Assembly (NCBI GenBank): GCA_965216635.1
Contig: OZ244188.1
Coordinates: 320,001 to 384,000, forward strand
Direction: 5' to 3'
Length of the DNA: 64,000 nt
From: a bacterium
GTDB taxonomy: Bacteria; SAR324; XYD2-FULL-50-16; G965216635
The position numbers and the translations under genes were made by a program. Positions 9,150-18,786 of the stretch are shown here, one piece after another; position 1 is the first letter of the stretch; every line of letters begins with the position of its first letter. The notes beneath the pieces are model-generated. The model saw nothing but the letters and a program-made list of their open reading frames with translations, searched no databases and was not told where the DNA came from.

Positions 9150-11400
9150 CCTTAATGAAAATGAAAAACGGGATATTGTAAAATATCTGGACGACGGAAA
9201 ACCGTTGCCAGAAAAATATCGTTTTTTGCTTTTTGCAGACAAAAAAGAAGTAGAGCTAGTTTGGAGCGGAAAAACAGCGGAGGTCAGCAATGTTGTTTTG
9301 CCTTTTCAAACAATAGAAGTAGTGGACGAGCCAAGAGCAGAAAAAACAGAAGATACAAAAGCACCTACCCTTTTTGATTACGACGCGAGAGGCAGGCAGA
9401 TTAGCGGTTGGACAAATAAACTGATTTGGGGAGATAACAAACTAATTTTGGCTAGCTTAAAGGGCGGGGCTATACGCGAGCAGATAGAAAAACAGGGTGG
9501 AATAAAACTGATTTATATTGACCCACCTTTTGATGTGGGAGCAGATTTTTCAATGAAAGTAGAAATTGGAGACGAGGAGCTAACCAAAAAACCGAATGTT
9601 TTAGAGGAGCTTGCCTACCGCGACACTTGGGGGCAGGGTGCGGATAGTTTTATTGCGATGATTTACGAACGCTTGAGTTTGATGAGAGATTTGCTTGCCG
9701 AAGACGGCAGTATTTATGTGCATTGCGATTATAGAGTCAACAGCTACATAAGATTAGTATTAGACGAAATTTTTGGCAAAAATAATTTTGTGAATATGGT
9801 TATTTGGAAAAGAACGGGTGCTCAAAACAATCCGAAGCAATACGGCAATAACATAGATACTATTTTCTTTTATCAGAAAGGTGAATCGAAAATATGGAAT
9901 GAACCTTATAAAAGTTATGATGATGTGCATTTGCATCAATACTTCAAAAAAGACAAAGATGGAGGGTTTTATCGGTTGAATAATCCTGCTGGGCAAGACT
10001 ACCAAAGTCACACAAGAAATTTCGGTCGTGGGGAGATATATCCGCCTTCTAACAGACATTGGTCTCTTTCACAAGAAACAATTGATAAATATATTGATGA
10101 GGGAAGAGTGGTATTTACAAAGTCAGGTTATCCTTTCATCAAGAAATATGTTAACGAGATGAAAGGGAAACCAATTCAAGCGCTTTGGACAGATTGTATT
10201 CCTGCTAGGGTGGGTAAAGAAATACTTAATTATCCAACCCAAAAACCAGAAAAACTCCTTGAGAGAATCATCAAAGCATCTTCCAACGAAGGAGATTTGC
10301 TAGCCGATTTTTTTAGCGGCTCAGGGACTACACTAGCGGTAGCAGAAAAACTAGGGCGTAAATGGATTGGCTCAGATTTAGGCAAGTTTGCAATTCACAC
10401 CACCCGAAAAAGAATGATTAGCGTCCAGCGAGAAATGAAAGAAGCAGGTAAAAATTTCAGAGCTTTTGAAATACTCAATCTAGGAAAATACGAAATACAG
10501 CACTACATTGGAATCAATCTCAACGAACGAGAAGCACAAAGAAGAAAACAACTAGCAGCCAAAGAAAAGGATTTTCTAAAACTAATTGTGCGAGCCTACA
10601 AAGCCGAAAAAATAGAAAATTTCAAATGCTTCGTCGCTAAAAAAGCAGGACGCTTGGTAGCGGTGGGTCCCCTCAACGCCCCGACTTCAAGGCTTTTTGT
10701 AGCCGAAGTGATTAGAGAGTGCCAAGAAAAACAGATTACAAAAGTAGATATTCTTGCTTTTGAATTTGAAATGGGTTTGTCCCCGCAAATGCAAGACGAA
10801 GCCAAAAGCAAAGGAATTGACCTTGCCTTAAAGTATATCCCCAAAGATGTTTTTGATAAAAGAGCGGTAGAAAAAAATCAAGTCCAATTCCACGATGTCA
10901 ACTATATTGAAATCAAGCCGCATGTTCAAGCTGCTAAAAACAAGCCAAGCAAAATAGCAGTAGAGTTAACCGATTTTTCTGTCTATTACAACCAAGATAC
11001 TTTTGCTGATATTACTGCTGGGCTAAAAAATGGTAGCAGTAAAATTTTTGTAGACAACGGCGCTATTATCAAAGTAGCCAAAGATAACGCCGGCATTGTG
11101 AAGCGAGAAGTTTTGACAAAAAAATGGATGGATTGGATTGATTATTGGGCTGTCAATTTTAATTTTGGCAACAAAAAAGAAATTGTGCGCATCAAAAAAG
11201 AAAACGCAGAAATAGAAGAGCAGTGGACTGGAAATTATATTTTTGAAAACGAATGGCAATCTTTTCGTACCAAAAAAAATCGCACGATTGAGCTAAAAAG
11301 TGTATTTTACGAGTGCAACAAAGGACGGAGAAAAATTGCCGTCAAAGTAGTAGATATTTTCGGCAACGACACAATGAAAGTCATAGAGGTGACAATATGA
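9136..11400 (+). CDS. mod: Type III restriction-modification DNA methyltransferase (Mod)
   Basis: IYIDPPF (motif IV), [23 protein letters not shown] (motif I) in beta-class order; C-terminal [13 protein letters not shown]; a Res gene lies downstream. Confidence 0.88.
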   Translation: MEKISLNENEKRDIVKYLDDGKPLPEKYRFLLFADKKEVELVWSGKTAEVSNVVLPFQTIEVVDEPRAEKTEDTKAPTLFDYDARGRQISGWTNKLIWGDNKLILASLKGGAIREQIEKQGGIKLIYIDPPFDVGADFSMKVEIGDEELTKKPNVLEELAYRDTWGQGADSFIAMIYERLSLMRDLLAEDGSIYVHCDYRVNSYIRLVLDEIFGKNNFVNMVIWKRTGAQNNPKQYGNNIDTIFFYQKGESKIWNEPYKSYDDVHLHQYFKKDKDGGFYRLNNPAGQDYQSHTRNFGRGEIYPPSNRHWSLSQETIDKYIDEGRVVFTKSGYPFIKKYVNEMKGKPIQALWTDCIPARVGKEILNYPTQKPEKLLERIIKASSNEGDLLADFFSGSGTTLAVAEKLGRKWIGSDLGKFAIHTTRKRMISVQREMKEAGKNFRAFEILNLGKYEIQHYIGINLNEREAQRRKQLAAKEKDFLKLIVRAYKAEKIENFKCFVAKKAGRLVAVGPLNAPTSRLFVAEVIRECQEKQITKVDILAFEFEMGLSPQMQDEAKSKGIDLALKYIPKDVFDKRAVEKNQVQFHDVNYIEIKPHVQAAKNKPSKIAVELTDFSVYYNQDTFADITAGLKNGSSKIFVDNGAIIKVAKDNAGIVKREVLTKKWMDWIDYWAVNFNFGNKKEIVRIKKENAEIEEQWTGNYIFENEWQSFRTKKNRTIELKSVFYECNKGRRKIAVKVVDIFGNDTMKVIEVTI

Positions 11401-11699
11401 GTGTAAGAGCTAGAATTACCCCAGAAGTATTGTTATGGGCTAGGGAGACAGCTGGTTTTTCTATAGAAGAAGAGCAATACCAACAAGAAGAAGTTTTTTG
11501 CAATGCTTTTGCTGGTTTTTTTTTAGTTCCAAATGATGATTTTGTAGTCGCAAAAAATCCTAGTAATCAAGAAATTTCTCGTTATGCAAATCAATACAAA
11601 GTAAGCCGTGAAGTTATTCTACGCAAATATTTAAACAAAAGACTTATTACACAAGACTTTTACAATAAAAAAATAAAAGAATGGAAAGAACAGCCCTAA
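11397..11699 (+). pseudogene. Internally deleted HTH-ImmA/IrrE metallopeptidase relic
   Basis: N-terminal ITPEVLLWARETAGFS (start of an XRE-like HTH) is joined directly to C-terminal EVFCNAFAGFFLVP...YKVSREVILRK; the HEXXH-containing middle is missing. Confidence 0.65.
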
Positions 11700-11709
11700 A
11701 AGTATTGCA

Positions 11710-11785
11710 ACAAAAAACGCCAGTCCTTTCTAGTTTTACCTAGGGGACTGGCGTCGGGCCGAGAACGTTATCTCGGGGGGGTAGT
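11710..11785 (-). ncRNA. Candidate small structured RNA with an intrinsic terminator-like end
   Basis: GC-rich island with two hairpins (acgccagtcc...ggactggcgt at 11717-11754; ccgaga-acgtta-tctcgg at 11759-11776), a U-tract on the minus strand and an upstream TTGTAT-N18-TAACTT promoter-like motif. Confidence 0.4.
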
Positions 11786-11821
11786 GATAAGTTAGCACAA
11801 AAAAAAAAAACAATACAATAA

Positions 11822-12103
11822 ATGGCTAAAAAATTACAAGTACAAAATACTACAGTTACGATTATTTCAAGAAATAGAGATGATTATATTTCATTGACTG
11901 ATATGTTAAGAGCTAAAGATGGAGATTTTTTTATTTCAGATTGGCTTAGAAATACTGTTGAATTTTTGGGAATTTTAGAAAAAATTAATAATCTAAATTT
12001 TAATTATGGCGAATTTGCCATAATTAAAATTCGGGTAGGTTTAAATAGCTATAAAATTAGCGTCAAAGAATGGTTAAAAAAAAATATTAAAAAACTAAAA
12101 TAA
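11822..12103 (+). pseudogene. Truncated KilA-N domain protein
   Basis: DDYISLTDM...ISDWLRN.TVEFLG.LEKINN.NFNYGEF matches the N-terminus of KilA-N proteins; the ORF ends at 93 aa. Confidence 0.7.
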
Positions 12104-12106
12104 TTT

Positions 12107-14776
12107 ATGGCACTACACCCAAACTTTCCAAAATCACCTTACGAAATCCTAGACCCAGCAGTTCGCTGGTTTCCAGCAGACGAGGATCTACGAAGAGAAG
12201 GCTACGCCAAACTGTTGCCACCTCTTGTGGCTAAACTGCGTCAAGAAGTAAAAGAGTGGCGAGACAATTCTTATGCAAGAGCAAGCGAGACAAGTAGGAG
12301 TCTTTTGCAGTGGTGGTTTTGCATGCAACATCCCATAGAAACTGCTGCAGGCACGGAAATTTTTCAATACTACTTCGCCCAAAGAGAAGCTGTAGAGACA
12401 ATCGTTTATCTTTATGAAGTAGCGCAAGCAAAAGACAAATACGACCTTATCCGTTACGATAGTTCGGAGGCTGTTTCTTTGGGTATGTTTCCCGAAGATT
12501 GGTTGCGTTTGGTAATTAAGATGGCTACAGGAACGGGAAAAACGAAGGTGATGAGTTTGCTGATTGCGTGGAGTTATTTTCACAGACTCTACGAAAAAGA
12601 TTCCAAACTAGCAAGAAATTTTTTACTGATTACTCCCAATATTATTGTTTTAGATAGGATTAAAACAGATTTTGAGGGCTTAAAGATATTTTTTGCAGAC
12701 CCAATTTTGCCTGAAAATGGTTTTGGGGCACAAAACTGGAGAGACGATTTCCAAATGACAATCCACATGCAAGACGATACAAACAGCATCCGTAAAACTG
12801 GAAATATTTTTTTAACGAATATCCACCGTATTTATAGTAGCAAAGATACAATTCCCAGTGCTGACGATGAAGATACAACGGATTATTTTTTAGGCGAAAA
12901 ACCTGTTACCAAAACAAGCGATTCTAAAATCAATCTTGCAGAAATTGTACGCGATGTTGATGAGTTGGTGGTGCTAAACGACGAGGCTCACCACATTCAC
13001 GATGAACGTTTAGCTTGGTTTAAATCCATTGAAGATATTAATAATAAAATGAAAATGAAGGGCAAAAATTTGTCTTTGCAAATTGATATGACCGCCACCC
13101 CAAAACACAATAACGGAGCTATTTTTGTGCAAACAGTTTCGGATTATTCTCTTGTGGAAGCCATTCATCAAGATGTAGTAAAACACCCCGTGCTACCCGA
13201 TGAGGCTAGCCGTGCTAAATTTAGAGAACACCAAAGTTCAAGATTTACAGAAAAATACAGAGACTATATCCATCTTGGTTTTTTAGAGTGGAAAAAAGTT
13301 TATGACGAGCATCTAAAATTGAATAAAAAAGCTGTGTTGTTTGTAATGACAGATGATACCAGAAATTGCGACGATGTAGAAAAATATTTAGAAAATACCT
13401 ATCCCGATTTTAAGGATGCAATTTTGACTATCCATACAAAAAATAATGGAGAAATTTCAGAATCTGTGACAGGAAAAAAGGAAGAGCAGTTAAAAAAATT
13501 GCGGAAAAAATCTAACGCTATTGATAGCTTGGAAAGTCCGTATAAGGCTATTGTTTCTGTTTTGATGTTAAAAGAAGGTTGGGATGTAAAAAATGTAACT
13601 ACGATTGTTGGCCTGCGTCCTTACTCTTCCAAAAGCAATATTTTACCAGAGCAGACTTTGGGACGAGGCTTGAGAAGGATGTATAAAGATCCCGATGTAG
13701 CAGAATATTTGAGTGTAGTCGGCACAGATGCTTTTATGGAGTTCGTAGAATCTATCAATAGAGAAGGCGTAGAACTTGAAAGAAGAGCGATGGGAGAAGA
13801 CACAAAACCAAAAGCACCTTTGATAGTTGAGGTAGATAAAGAAGATACAAAAAAGAATATAGAAAAACTGGATATTCAAATTCCAGTTTTGTCTCCTAGA
13901 ATTTACCGAGAATACAAAAATTTTTCGGAATTAAATACTACAGCATTTTCGCACAAAAAATTTCCTATTAAAGAGTTTAGCGAAGCAGAAAAAAAAGAGA
14001 TTGTTTTTCGCGATATAACTACTGAAAAAATAACTCATACTACAGAACTTGATAGCGAATTTATACCAGACTATCGCAGTGTGGTTGGTTATTTTTCGTC
14101 AACGATTAAAAAAGATCTACGTCTAGTTGGTGGCTATGATCTTTTGTATGGAAAGGTTAAGGAGTTTATTACAAACTTTCTTTTTGAAAAAAAAACCGAT
14201 TTAGAGGACCCGAATATCTTGCGAAATTTATCAGAACCTGAAGTAACAAGAACAATCATTGAAACTTTTAGAAAAGAAATTAACAACCTAACTATCTTAG
14301 ACAAAGGCGAAGCAGAAATAGTGAATTATATAAAAATTAGCCAAACGAGACCCTTTGTAATGAAAGAAGGAGAATTTATTCCTCCTAAAAAAAGTGTATT
14401 TAATAAAATTGTCGGGGACAACCATTTTGAACTTCAATTTGCTAGTTTTCTTGAAAACTGCAGTGATATTGTTTCTTATGCAAAAAATTATCTAGCGGTG
14501 CATTTTAAGATTGATTACAAAACTGCTGATGGAGATATTAAAAATTATTACCCCGATTTTTTTGTAAAGCTAGCCGAGAATGAAATTTACATTATAGAAT
14601 TAAAAGGGCGTGAAAGTTTAGACGATTTAGAAAAAATAAAAAGATTATACCAGTGGTGCGAAGATATAAATGCTGTGCAAAGCAAAGTGAAATATACAGC
14701 TTTGTATGTAAAGCAAGAAGACTATGAAAAATATACTCCTGCTAATTTTTCGGAATTAGTAAGAACCTTGTGCTAA
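12107..14776 (+). CDS. res: Type III restriction endonuclease subunit (SF2 helicase + PD-(D/E)xK)
   Basis: MATGTGKT, NDEAHH, TATP, LKEGWD, QTLGRGLR; C-terminal YYPDF...IELKG. Confidence 0.9.
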   Translation: MALHPNFPKSPYEILDPAVRWFPADEDLRREGYAKLLPPLVAKLRQEVKEWRDNSYARASETSRSLLQWWFCMQHPIETAAGTEIFQYYFAQREAVETIVYLYEVAQAKDKYDLIRYDSSEAVSLGMFPEDWLRLVIKMATGTGKTKVMSLLIAWSYFHRLYEKDSKLARNFLLITPNIIVLDRIKTDFEGLKIFFADPILPENGFGAQNWRDDFQMTIHMQDDTNSIRKTGNIFLTNIHRIYSSKDTIPSADDEDTTDYFLGEKPVTKTSDSKINLAEIVRDVDELVVLNDEAHHIHDERLAWFKSIEDINNKMKMKGKNLSLQIDMTATPKHNNGAIFVQTVSDYSLVEAIHQDVVKHPVLPDEASRAKFREHQSSRFTEKYRDYIHLGFLEWKKVYDEHLKLNKKAVLFVMTDDTRNCDDVEKYLENTYPDFKDAILTIHTKNNGEISESVTGKKEEQLKKLRKKSNAIDSLESPYKAIVSVLMLKEGWDVKNVTTIVGLRPYSSKSNILPEQTLGRGLRRMYKDPDVAEYLSVVGTDAFMEFVESINREGVELERRAMGEDTKPKAPLIVEVDKEDTKKNIEKLDIQIPVLSPRIYREYKNFSELNTTAFSHKKFPIKEFSEAEKKEIVFRDITTEKITHTTELDSEFIPDYRSVVGYFSSTIKKDLRLVGGYDLLYGKVKEFITNFLFEKKTDLEDPNILRNLSEPEVTRTIIETFRKEINNLTILDKGEAEIVNYIKISQTRPFVMKEGEFIPPKKSVFNKIVGDNHFELQFASFLENCSDIVSYAKNYLAVHFKIDYKTADGDIKNYYPDFFVKLAENEIYIIELKGRESLDDLEKIKRLYQWCEDINAVQSKVKYTALYVKQEDYEKYTPANFSELVRTLC

Positions 14777-14907
14777 AATTTTCTAAAATTTCATAAAATT
14801 TTTACAACCAGCAGTAGAGATATGGCTTTGAATCTAATGAAACAAACAGACAATTTTGAAACCCAGCTTTGAACTATAAAATAAATAAAAAAAATTCTAA
14901 TAAAGCC

Positions 14908-16443
14908 ATGAAAAATATTTTAGATTTAAACTATATTGAAGCAAAAAAATTTCTACTTAAAGAAAAAAGTTATTGTAATTTAAATCTTCCGCTTTATTTT
15001 AAATTTTCAAAATTACTTGAAAATATATCCGATATACTAACAAATAAAAAGCTCATAAATTTTTATAAAAACGGTAAAAACAACCGCCCAAGTTCATTTG
15101 AGGATGTTAATTATAAATTGTTCGGAAATAAAGACGGTGAATATGCTTGGAGATTATATCAGTTAATTCACCCTGCTTTGTATGTTTCTTTAGTTCATCA
15201 AATTACAAAAAAAGAAAATTGGGTTATTATTGTTGAAAAATTTCAAGAATTTAAAAATAGTGTGGTTGAATGTGAAAGTTTGCCAGTAGTTAAAGAAAAA
15301 CAAGTTACCTGTGACAGGTTGCCAGGATTTGAAGAAAGTGAAAAAAATAATACTAAAGAGCAAATTTTTCATTGGAAGAACAAAGTAGAACAAGAGTCAA
15401 TTATTTTGGCTTTGGAATACAATTATATTTTTCATACAGATATAGTAGATTGCTATGGATCTATTTACACCCATTCTATTGCATGGGCATTACATACAAA
15501 AAAAGAAGCAAAAAAAATTAATAATAGGTTTGATTCTAGTCGTATTGGAGTATGTATTGACAAACACCTTCAAGCTATGGCAAATGGACAAACTAACGGT
15601 ATTCCCCAAGGAAGTATTGTGATGGATTTTATTGCAGAAATGGTTTTAGGATATGCAGATCAAGAACTATCTGAAAAAATATCTAAAATTGAATCAGATA
15701 AGTATAAAATCATTAGATATAGAGATGATTATAGAATTTTTGTCAATGACCTTGAAATAGGAAAATCAATTATTAAAGAATTAGCAAAATCATTAAGTGA
15801 AATTGGAATGCGGTTAAATTCTCAAAAAACAACAAATTCAAATGATATTATCAATAGTTCTATAAAACCAGATAGGCTATTTTGGATAGAAAATAAAACT
15901 TATTCTAGAAATTCACAAGAACAGCTACTAATACTTCACCAGCTTTCAAAAAAATATCCAAATTCAGGAACTCTTTTAAAAGAATTAAACAATTTTTCTA
16001 AAAGAACTATAAAACCTACTGGAAAAATAGAGCCTCTGATAAGTATTTTAATGAGTATTGTTTTTAGAAATCCGAGAATTTACCCAGCAGCATCAAACAT
16101 TTTAAGTAAATTTTTGAATCTTTTAACAGAAGATAAAAAAATAAGAATATTAAAAAAAATTCAAACTAGATTTGAAAAATTACCTAATACTGAATACTTA
16201 GATTTATGGTTGCAAAGAATTACTTTAAAAATTCCTAACTTTGAATATGAACATGAAAGTAAATTATGTAAAAAAGTATCAGATGATTCTGTTGAAATAT
16301 GGAACTCTAATTGGTTAGAAACAAAATTTAAAGAAAAAATTTTTGAAACTGGTATCATTGATGAAAAAGAAATAGAGAAGATGGAACCTGTTATTAGTAG
16401 TGAGGAAACTGATATTTTTGGAATAGGAGATTCTTACTATTAA
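14908..16443 (+). CDS. drt4: Defence-associated reverse transcriptase, DRT4 (UG15)-like
   Basis: KDG.YAWR, TDIVDCYGSIYTHS, QTNGIPQGS, YRDD catalytic loop and a helical C-terminus (PNS, NPRIYP, PNTEYLDLWLQR). Stand-alone ~511-aa RT in a defence island. The subtype is from recalled motif similarity, not a search. Confidence 0.75.
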   Translation: MKNILDLNYIEAKKFLLKEKSYCNLNLPLYFKFSKLLENISDILTNKKLINFYKNGKNNRPSSFEDVNYKLFGNKDGEYAWRLYQLIHPALYVSLVHQITKKENWVIIVEKFQEFKNSVVECESLPVVKEKQVTCDRLPGFEESEKNNTKEQIFHWKNKVEQESIILALEYNYIFHTDIVDCYGSIYTHSIAWALHTKKEAKKINNRFDSSRIGVCIDKHLQAMANGQTNGIPQGSIVMDFIAEMVLGYADQELSEKISKIESDKYKIIRYRDDYRIFVNDLEIGKSIIKELAKSLSEIGMRLNSQKTTNSNDIINSSIKPDRLFWIENKTYSRNSQEQLLILHQLSKKYPNSGTLLKELNNFSKRTIKPTGKIEPLISILMSIVFRNPRIYPAASNILSKFLNLLTEDKKIRILKKIQTRFEKLPNTEYLDLWLQRITLKIPNFEYEHESKLCKKVSDDSVEIWNSNWLETKFKEKIFETGIIDEKEIEKMEPVISSEETDIFGIGDSYY

Positions 16444-16503
16444 ATTTATGAAAACCGCAATTATTGATAAGTGATTTTCAATCAAATATTCAAAAATAAA
16501 AAA

Positions 16504-17565
16504 ATGAGACTTACAAAATTGATTTCTTTTGGAGGGTTGTTTTTACTCATTGGGTTTGCTTTTTTTGTGGGAGGTTTCAAAAGCAGCTCACTGGCAATTA
16601 CTGGTTTTTTGACAGGCATTGTTTTGGTTTATGGCAAGGTAGGTTTGACTGCTGGGTTAAGAAATTTTCTAATAAGAAAAGACGGCAATGCTTTTTTTCA
16701 GCAGTTTTTGTTAATTTTTTTCACCTTTCTTTTATTCGTTCCCATAGCCCATTTCACTCCTAGTTCTCCAGAGTTAGCTCCTATTTCTTTATCTTTAGTT
16801 TTTGGCAGTTTTCTTTTTGGAGTAGGCATGCAGCTTAGTAACGCTTGCGGTTCTGGTTGTATTTTGGCTTTAGGTGCAGGTAGTAAGGTTATGTTATACG
16901 CCATTCCTACTTTTATTTTAGGTTCTTTGTGGGGTAGTTTTTGGGCTCCGAGTTTTCACAAATTGGCTGCTCTAGAACCAGTTTTGCTCCACCCACTCAT
17001 CAACCTCGCTTTATTGCTTGCGGTTTTATCTTATTTTTTATGGAGTAAAAAAGCTCAAGTTCCTACAAAGAAAATTTTTTTTCTTTTACTTATAGCTTCC
17101 GTTTCTTTAGGATTAATATTTTTAGTCTCCAAGAGTCCTTGGCAGGTTACTTTTGGATTTACTCTCTTGGGAGCAAAGTTGTATTCTTTTTTGGGAGGTA
17201 GTTTGGCAAGCAGTGAATTTTGGAATTTAGAAATGCCTAATCAAGCACTTCGTAGTCCGCTTTTAACAGATGCTTCTACGCTTATCAATTTGGGAGTAAT
17301 TTTAGGTGCTTTAGCTTGGGTTTCTTTTATCTCTCCTTCCTCCAGCAAAGAAAAAATTTCTTGGCGAGAAATTATAGCTGGTGTTTTGGGAGGTTTGATG
17401 ATGGGCATAGGAGCTAGATTTGCTTTTGGTTGCAATATAGGTGCTTTTATCGGAGGCATTGCGTCGGGCAGTTTGCACGGCTGGATCTGGATTGTTTTTG
17501 CTATATTTGGTAGTTATATAGGGATTGCGCTGCGACCTTACTTTGGAATGAGACCTTTGAATTAG
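16504..17565 (+). CDS. YeeE/YedE (thiosulfate/sulfur transporter) family membrane protein
   Basis: Multiple TM segments; GMQLSNACGSG and GARFAFGCNIG motifs. Confidence 0.85.
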   Translation: MRLTKLISFGGLFLLIGFAFFVGGFKSSSLAITGFLTGIVLVYGKVGLTAGLRNFLIRKDGNAFFQQFLLIFFTFLLFVPIAHFTPSSPELAPISLSLVFGSFLFGVGMQLSNACGSGCILALGAGSKVMLYAIPTFILGSLWGSFWAPSFHKLAALEPVLLHPLINLALLLAVLSYFLWSKKAQVPTKKIFFLLLIASVSLGLIFLVSKSPWQVTFGFTLLGAKLYSFLGGSLASSEFWNLEMPNQALRSPLLTDASTLINLGVILGALAWVSFISPSSSKEKISWREIIAGVLGGLMMGIGARFAFGCNIGAFIGGIASGSLHGWIWIVFAIFGSYIGIALRPYFGMRPLN

Positions 17566-17789
17566 CGTTCTGTTTAGCCTATGCAGCGTTAAAAAAAAAT
17601 TTTAACTCTTGAAATACTCTCTTATTGCATAAGATAAAGTAAAGGATATAGTAAAAGAGCCACTGGCTCTTTTACATTTCTTTTTGGGATTATGCAAGTT
17701 TTGTAGTGTTTTTCACTACGATATTCCTGCGAGCTAAAATTTTTTTTTGCCTTGCCTAGCCGTCACATAACACTAATTCAAAGGTCTCA
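17549..17789. mobile_element. MITE-like palindromic element, long form (copy A)
   Basis: Perfect 17-bp TIR tgagacctttgaattag / ctaattcaaaggtctca; internal modules shared with the copies at 29686, 44624, 47871, 52804 and 61055. Confidence 0.75.
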
Positions 17790-17802
17790 GAATGTTAAAA
17801 TA

Positions 17803-18618
17803 ATGTTATCTTTTCTACCTTTAATTTGTCCTAGTTGTCAGCAGAAAATTTTTTTCTGTAGAGATAAGAAGGCACAAAAAATATATACTGTCACGGATAA
17901 AATTGAGTCTCTGATAGAACCTCATATTTGTGTTTTAATAGAAGGAGAAGCATACTGGAAAAATAATATTTTAAAAGAATATTTAAAAATTGATTTTACA
18001 GCTAAAGATAATATTTTTGATTTAGTAAAGAAAAAATTCACTGCCAACAAACTGTTAGAGGCTGCTTTACAGAAAAAAATACTTTTTATCAATTTGGGAT
18101 TGTTACTAAGATGCGAATCTGTAGCCGAAGGCGAGCAATGTTTAGATTTAATCACAAAGGATTTTGTTTTGTGCAAAGTTTTTATAAAATCCACAAAAAA
18201 ATGGGAATTAGGTAGGTGGCTCACGGTCAGCAATACTAAATCGGTGAAGAAAAATCAATTTTATAGTCCAGAAATCCAATATTTTGAAGTTGTTCCTAAA
18301 AAAATATTGGAAAGACTTTCTCAAACAATTTCTTCGTTACAGCTGTCCTCCCAAGATAGTGAATTATTGGAAAAATATGAAAAAAATATTTGCTCGGAGT
18401 TGCAGAAAATAGGTAGAGTAATTACAGTTTTTCCCGTAGAGAAAAAAAAGCACTATTTACGCTGGATTTTTTTTCTCATTGAAGAGAATTTAGCTCCCTT
18501 TATGGAAAGTCTGATTTTTCCCAAAAAAATTGAGATTTATTTTCAACAGGAGGAGGCTTCTTTTACTTGGAATATTTATGAAAATACTATAGCATTGCAC
18601 AGTCAAAAAGTGAGATAA
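17803..18618 (+). CDS. Hypothetical protein with an N-terminal CxxC...HxC putative Zn-binding motif
   Basis: Long ORF; CPSC and PHIC motifs; ATG at 17803 just after the MITE. Confidence 0.55.
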   Translation: MLSFLPLICPSCQQKIFFCRDKKAQKIYTVTDKIESLIEPHICVLIEGEAYWKNNILKEYLKIDFTAKDNIFDLVKKKFTANKLLEAALQKKILFINLGLLLRCESVAEGEQCLDLITKDFVLCKVFIKSTKKWELGRWLTVSNTKSVKKNQFYSPEIQYFEVVPKKILERLSQTISSLQLSSQDSELLEKYEKNICSELQKIGRVITVFPVEKKKHYLRWIFFLIEENLAPFMESLIFPKKIEIYFQQEEASFTWNIYENTIALHSQKVR

Positions 18619-18716
18619 CTGGCGGTAAATACGCCTAATTTTTGCCTAGAATGTCCTTTGCAGTAAATTTTTAAGATAATTTTTTTAAAAAAGGTATAAA
18701 GCAAAACTTATAAAAC

Positions 18717-18745
18717 TTGACTTTATTGTAAAATTTTAATATTAT
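18717..18745 (+). promoter_or_regulatory. Sigma70-like promoter TTGACT-N17-TATTAT for the first surface-protein paralogue
   Basis: Near-consensus hexamers with 17-nt spacing, ~40 nt upstream of ATG 18787. Confidence 0.6.
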
Positions 18746-18786
18746 AGGCTACAGAATTTTGTTTTTAACTCTAATTAAATATTATA

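Noticed and set aside
14869..16443. RT as a retron, group II intron or DGR RT
   Set aside because: No VTG retron motif or recognisable msr/msd, no intron RNA or maturase/HNH domain, no avd or template repeat nearby; the motifs fit Abi/UG-type RTs.
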